NCBI GenBank assembly: GCA_038496445.1
Contig: JALMLS010000377.1
Coordinates: forward strand, 124,001-188,000
DNA from: Trichosphaerium sp. ATCC 40318
Taxonomy: Eukaryota > Protista > Tubulinea
Reading direction: 5' to 3'
Length of the DNA stretch: 64,000 nt
The position numbers and the translations under genes are program-made. Within the stretch, counting starts at the first letter, position 1; every line of letters starts with the position of its first letter. The notes under the pieces are model-generated. The model was given only the letters and a program-made list of their open reading frames with translations, was not told where the DNA came from and searched no databases. Of this stretch, positions 62,954 to 64,000 are shown piece by piece.

Positions 62954-64000
62954 ATGAAACCATCTCACAAACAAAAGGTAAATGCTGTTTAATCTCTTTT
63001 ATTGCAAGGCAACTGGTTGTACTAATACTCGGCAAATAGATAAATACATCAATACAAGATAACAACAATCGATTGTTAAACCTTCCAATGGAGTTACAAC
63101 TTGATATTATCGATCTAGATCCCGAAGTGTTCTTAAAATGGCCATTGCTTTCAAAACAAGCAGCGACATCAACGAGATTTGATGATAATTTGAAGAAACA
63201 TGGAAAATGGAAGCAGTTTAGAGTTGAGTATCAAGACAACATGTATGAGGACAACAATATCATATTGACATCTACAATCATACGTCAAGAGCACTGGAGT
63301 CATGGTAAGATGAATGGTATGTATAAAGAGTGGCACGATAATGGTGAACTATGGATACAATGCTCATGTCTCAATGGTAAACAACATGGCGAGTACAAAC
63401 AATGGTATGACAACGGCCAACTAGAACTACAATGTATGTATGTAAATGGTATAAAAGAAGGAGACAATCATCAATGGCATGAAAATGGTCAATTGTGGAT
63501 CCAAAGTTTCTGTATCAATGGTAAGCTTGATGGAGACTACAAACAATGGCACGACAATGGCCAATTACAAATACAATGTACATATGTTGATGGTCAACAA
63601 GATGTAGAGAAAAAACGTACAATTTCACAGTTGCATGACGAGTGTGCGGGTGACTACAAGGCGTGGTATCCAAACGGACAATTAGAAGTACATTGTAATT
63701 ATTTCAATGGCAAAGTAGATGGGGAACTCAAATGGTGGCATGAGAATGGACAGTTAAATGAACACAAGTACTATACAAATGCAAAACTAGATGGAGAGTA
63801 CAAGAGATGGTACAACAGTGGTACTTTAAGTGAGCATAGTAGGTACGTAAATGGTGTAAAAGAAGGTGAACTCAAGTATTGGTATGGAAATGGTCAGTTG
63901 TCACACCATTGGCATTATGACAATGGTAAACAAGATGGAGAGATCAAGGAGTGGTTTGAAAACGGCCAATTGAGAGTTAAGGTAAATCTCGTAAATGGCA
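62954..64000 (+). CDS. MORN-variant repeat protein, tandem copy 2 (truncated by window end)
   Basis: Near-identical to copy 1 from LLNLPMEL onward; intron 62978-63039 gives MKPSHKQKINTSIQDNNNRLLNLP. Confidence 0.85.

Overview
This is a gene-dense, AT-rich eukaryotic (protist) window with many short (about 40-70 nt) spliceosomal introns. The donors are mostly GTAC/GTAT/GTAA, with CTAAC/CTGAC-like branch points. An amoebozoan-like origin is inferred from gene content but not proven. About 25 intron-split protein genes are present: DOMON-cytochrome b561, TAF4-like, PPR, GDP-mannose 3,5-epimerase, a strongly diverged Pol I second subunit, two EDEM-type GH47 mannosidases, an ~8.4 kb NACHT NTPase gene, a repeat + PD-(D/E)XK/RAP-like protein, a carotenoid oxygenase with a signal peptide, CCDC25, RING-YEATS, TEX261, UPRT, MAEA, PHD-TFIIS-SPOC, an ankyrin tyrosine-kinase-like protein, Tpt1 and tandem MORN-variant repeat genes. 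The most striking pattern is that the rare long introns carry cargo. One holds a tRNA with a GGC (Ala) anticodon but no G3:U70 identity pair. One holds a tRNA-Asp that is half of an inverted duplication, one a MITE with 16-bp terminal inverted repeats, and two hold candidate structured RNAs. Gene boundaries were built by eye, and several 5' ends are approximate.
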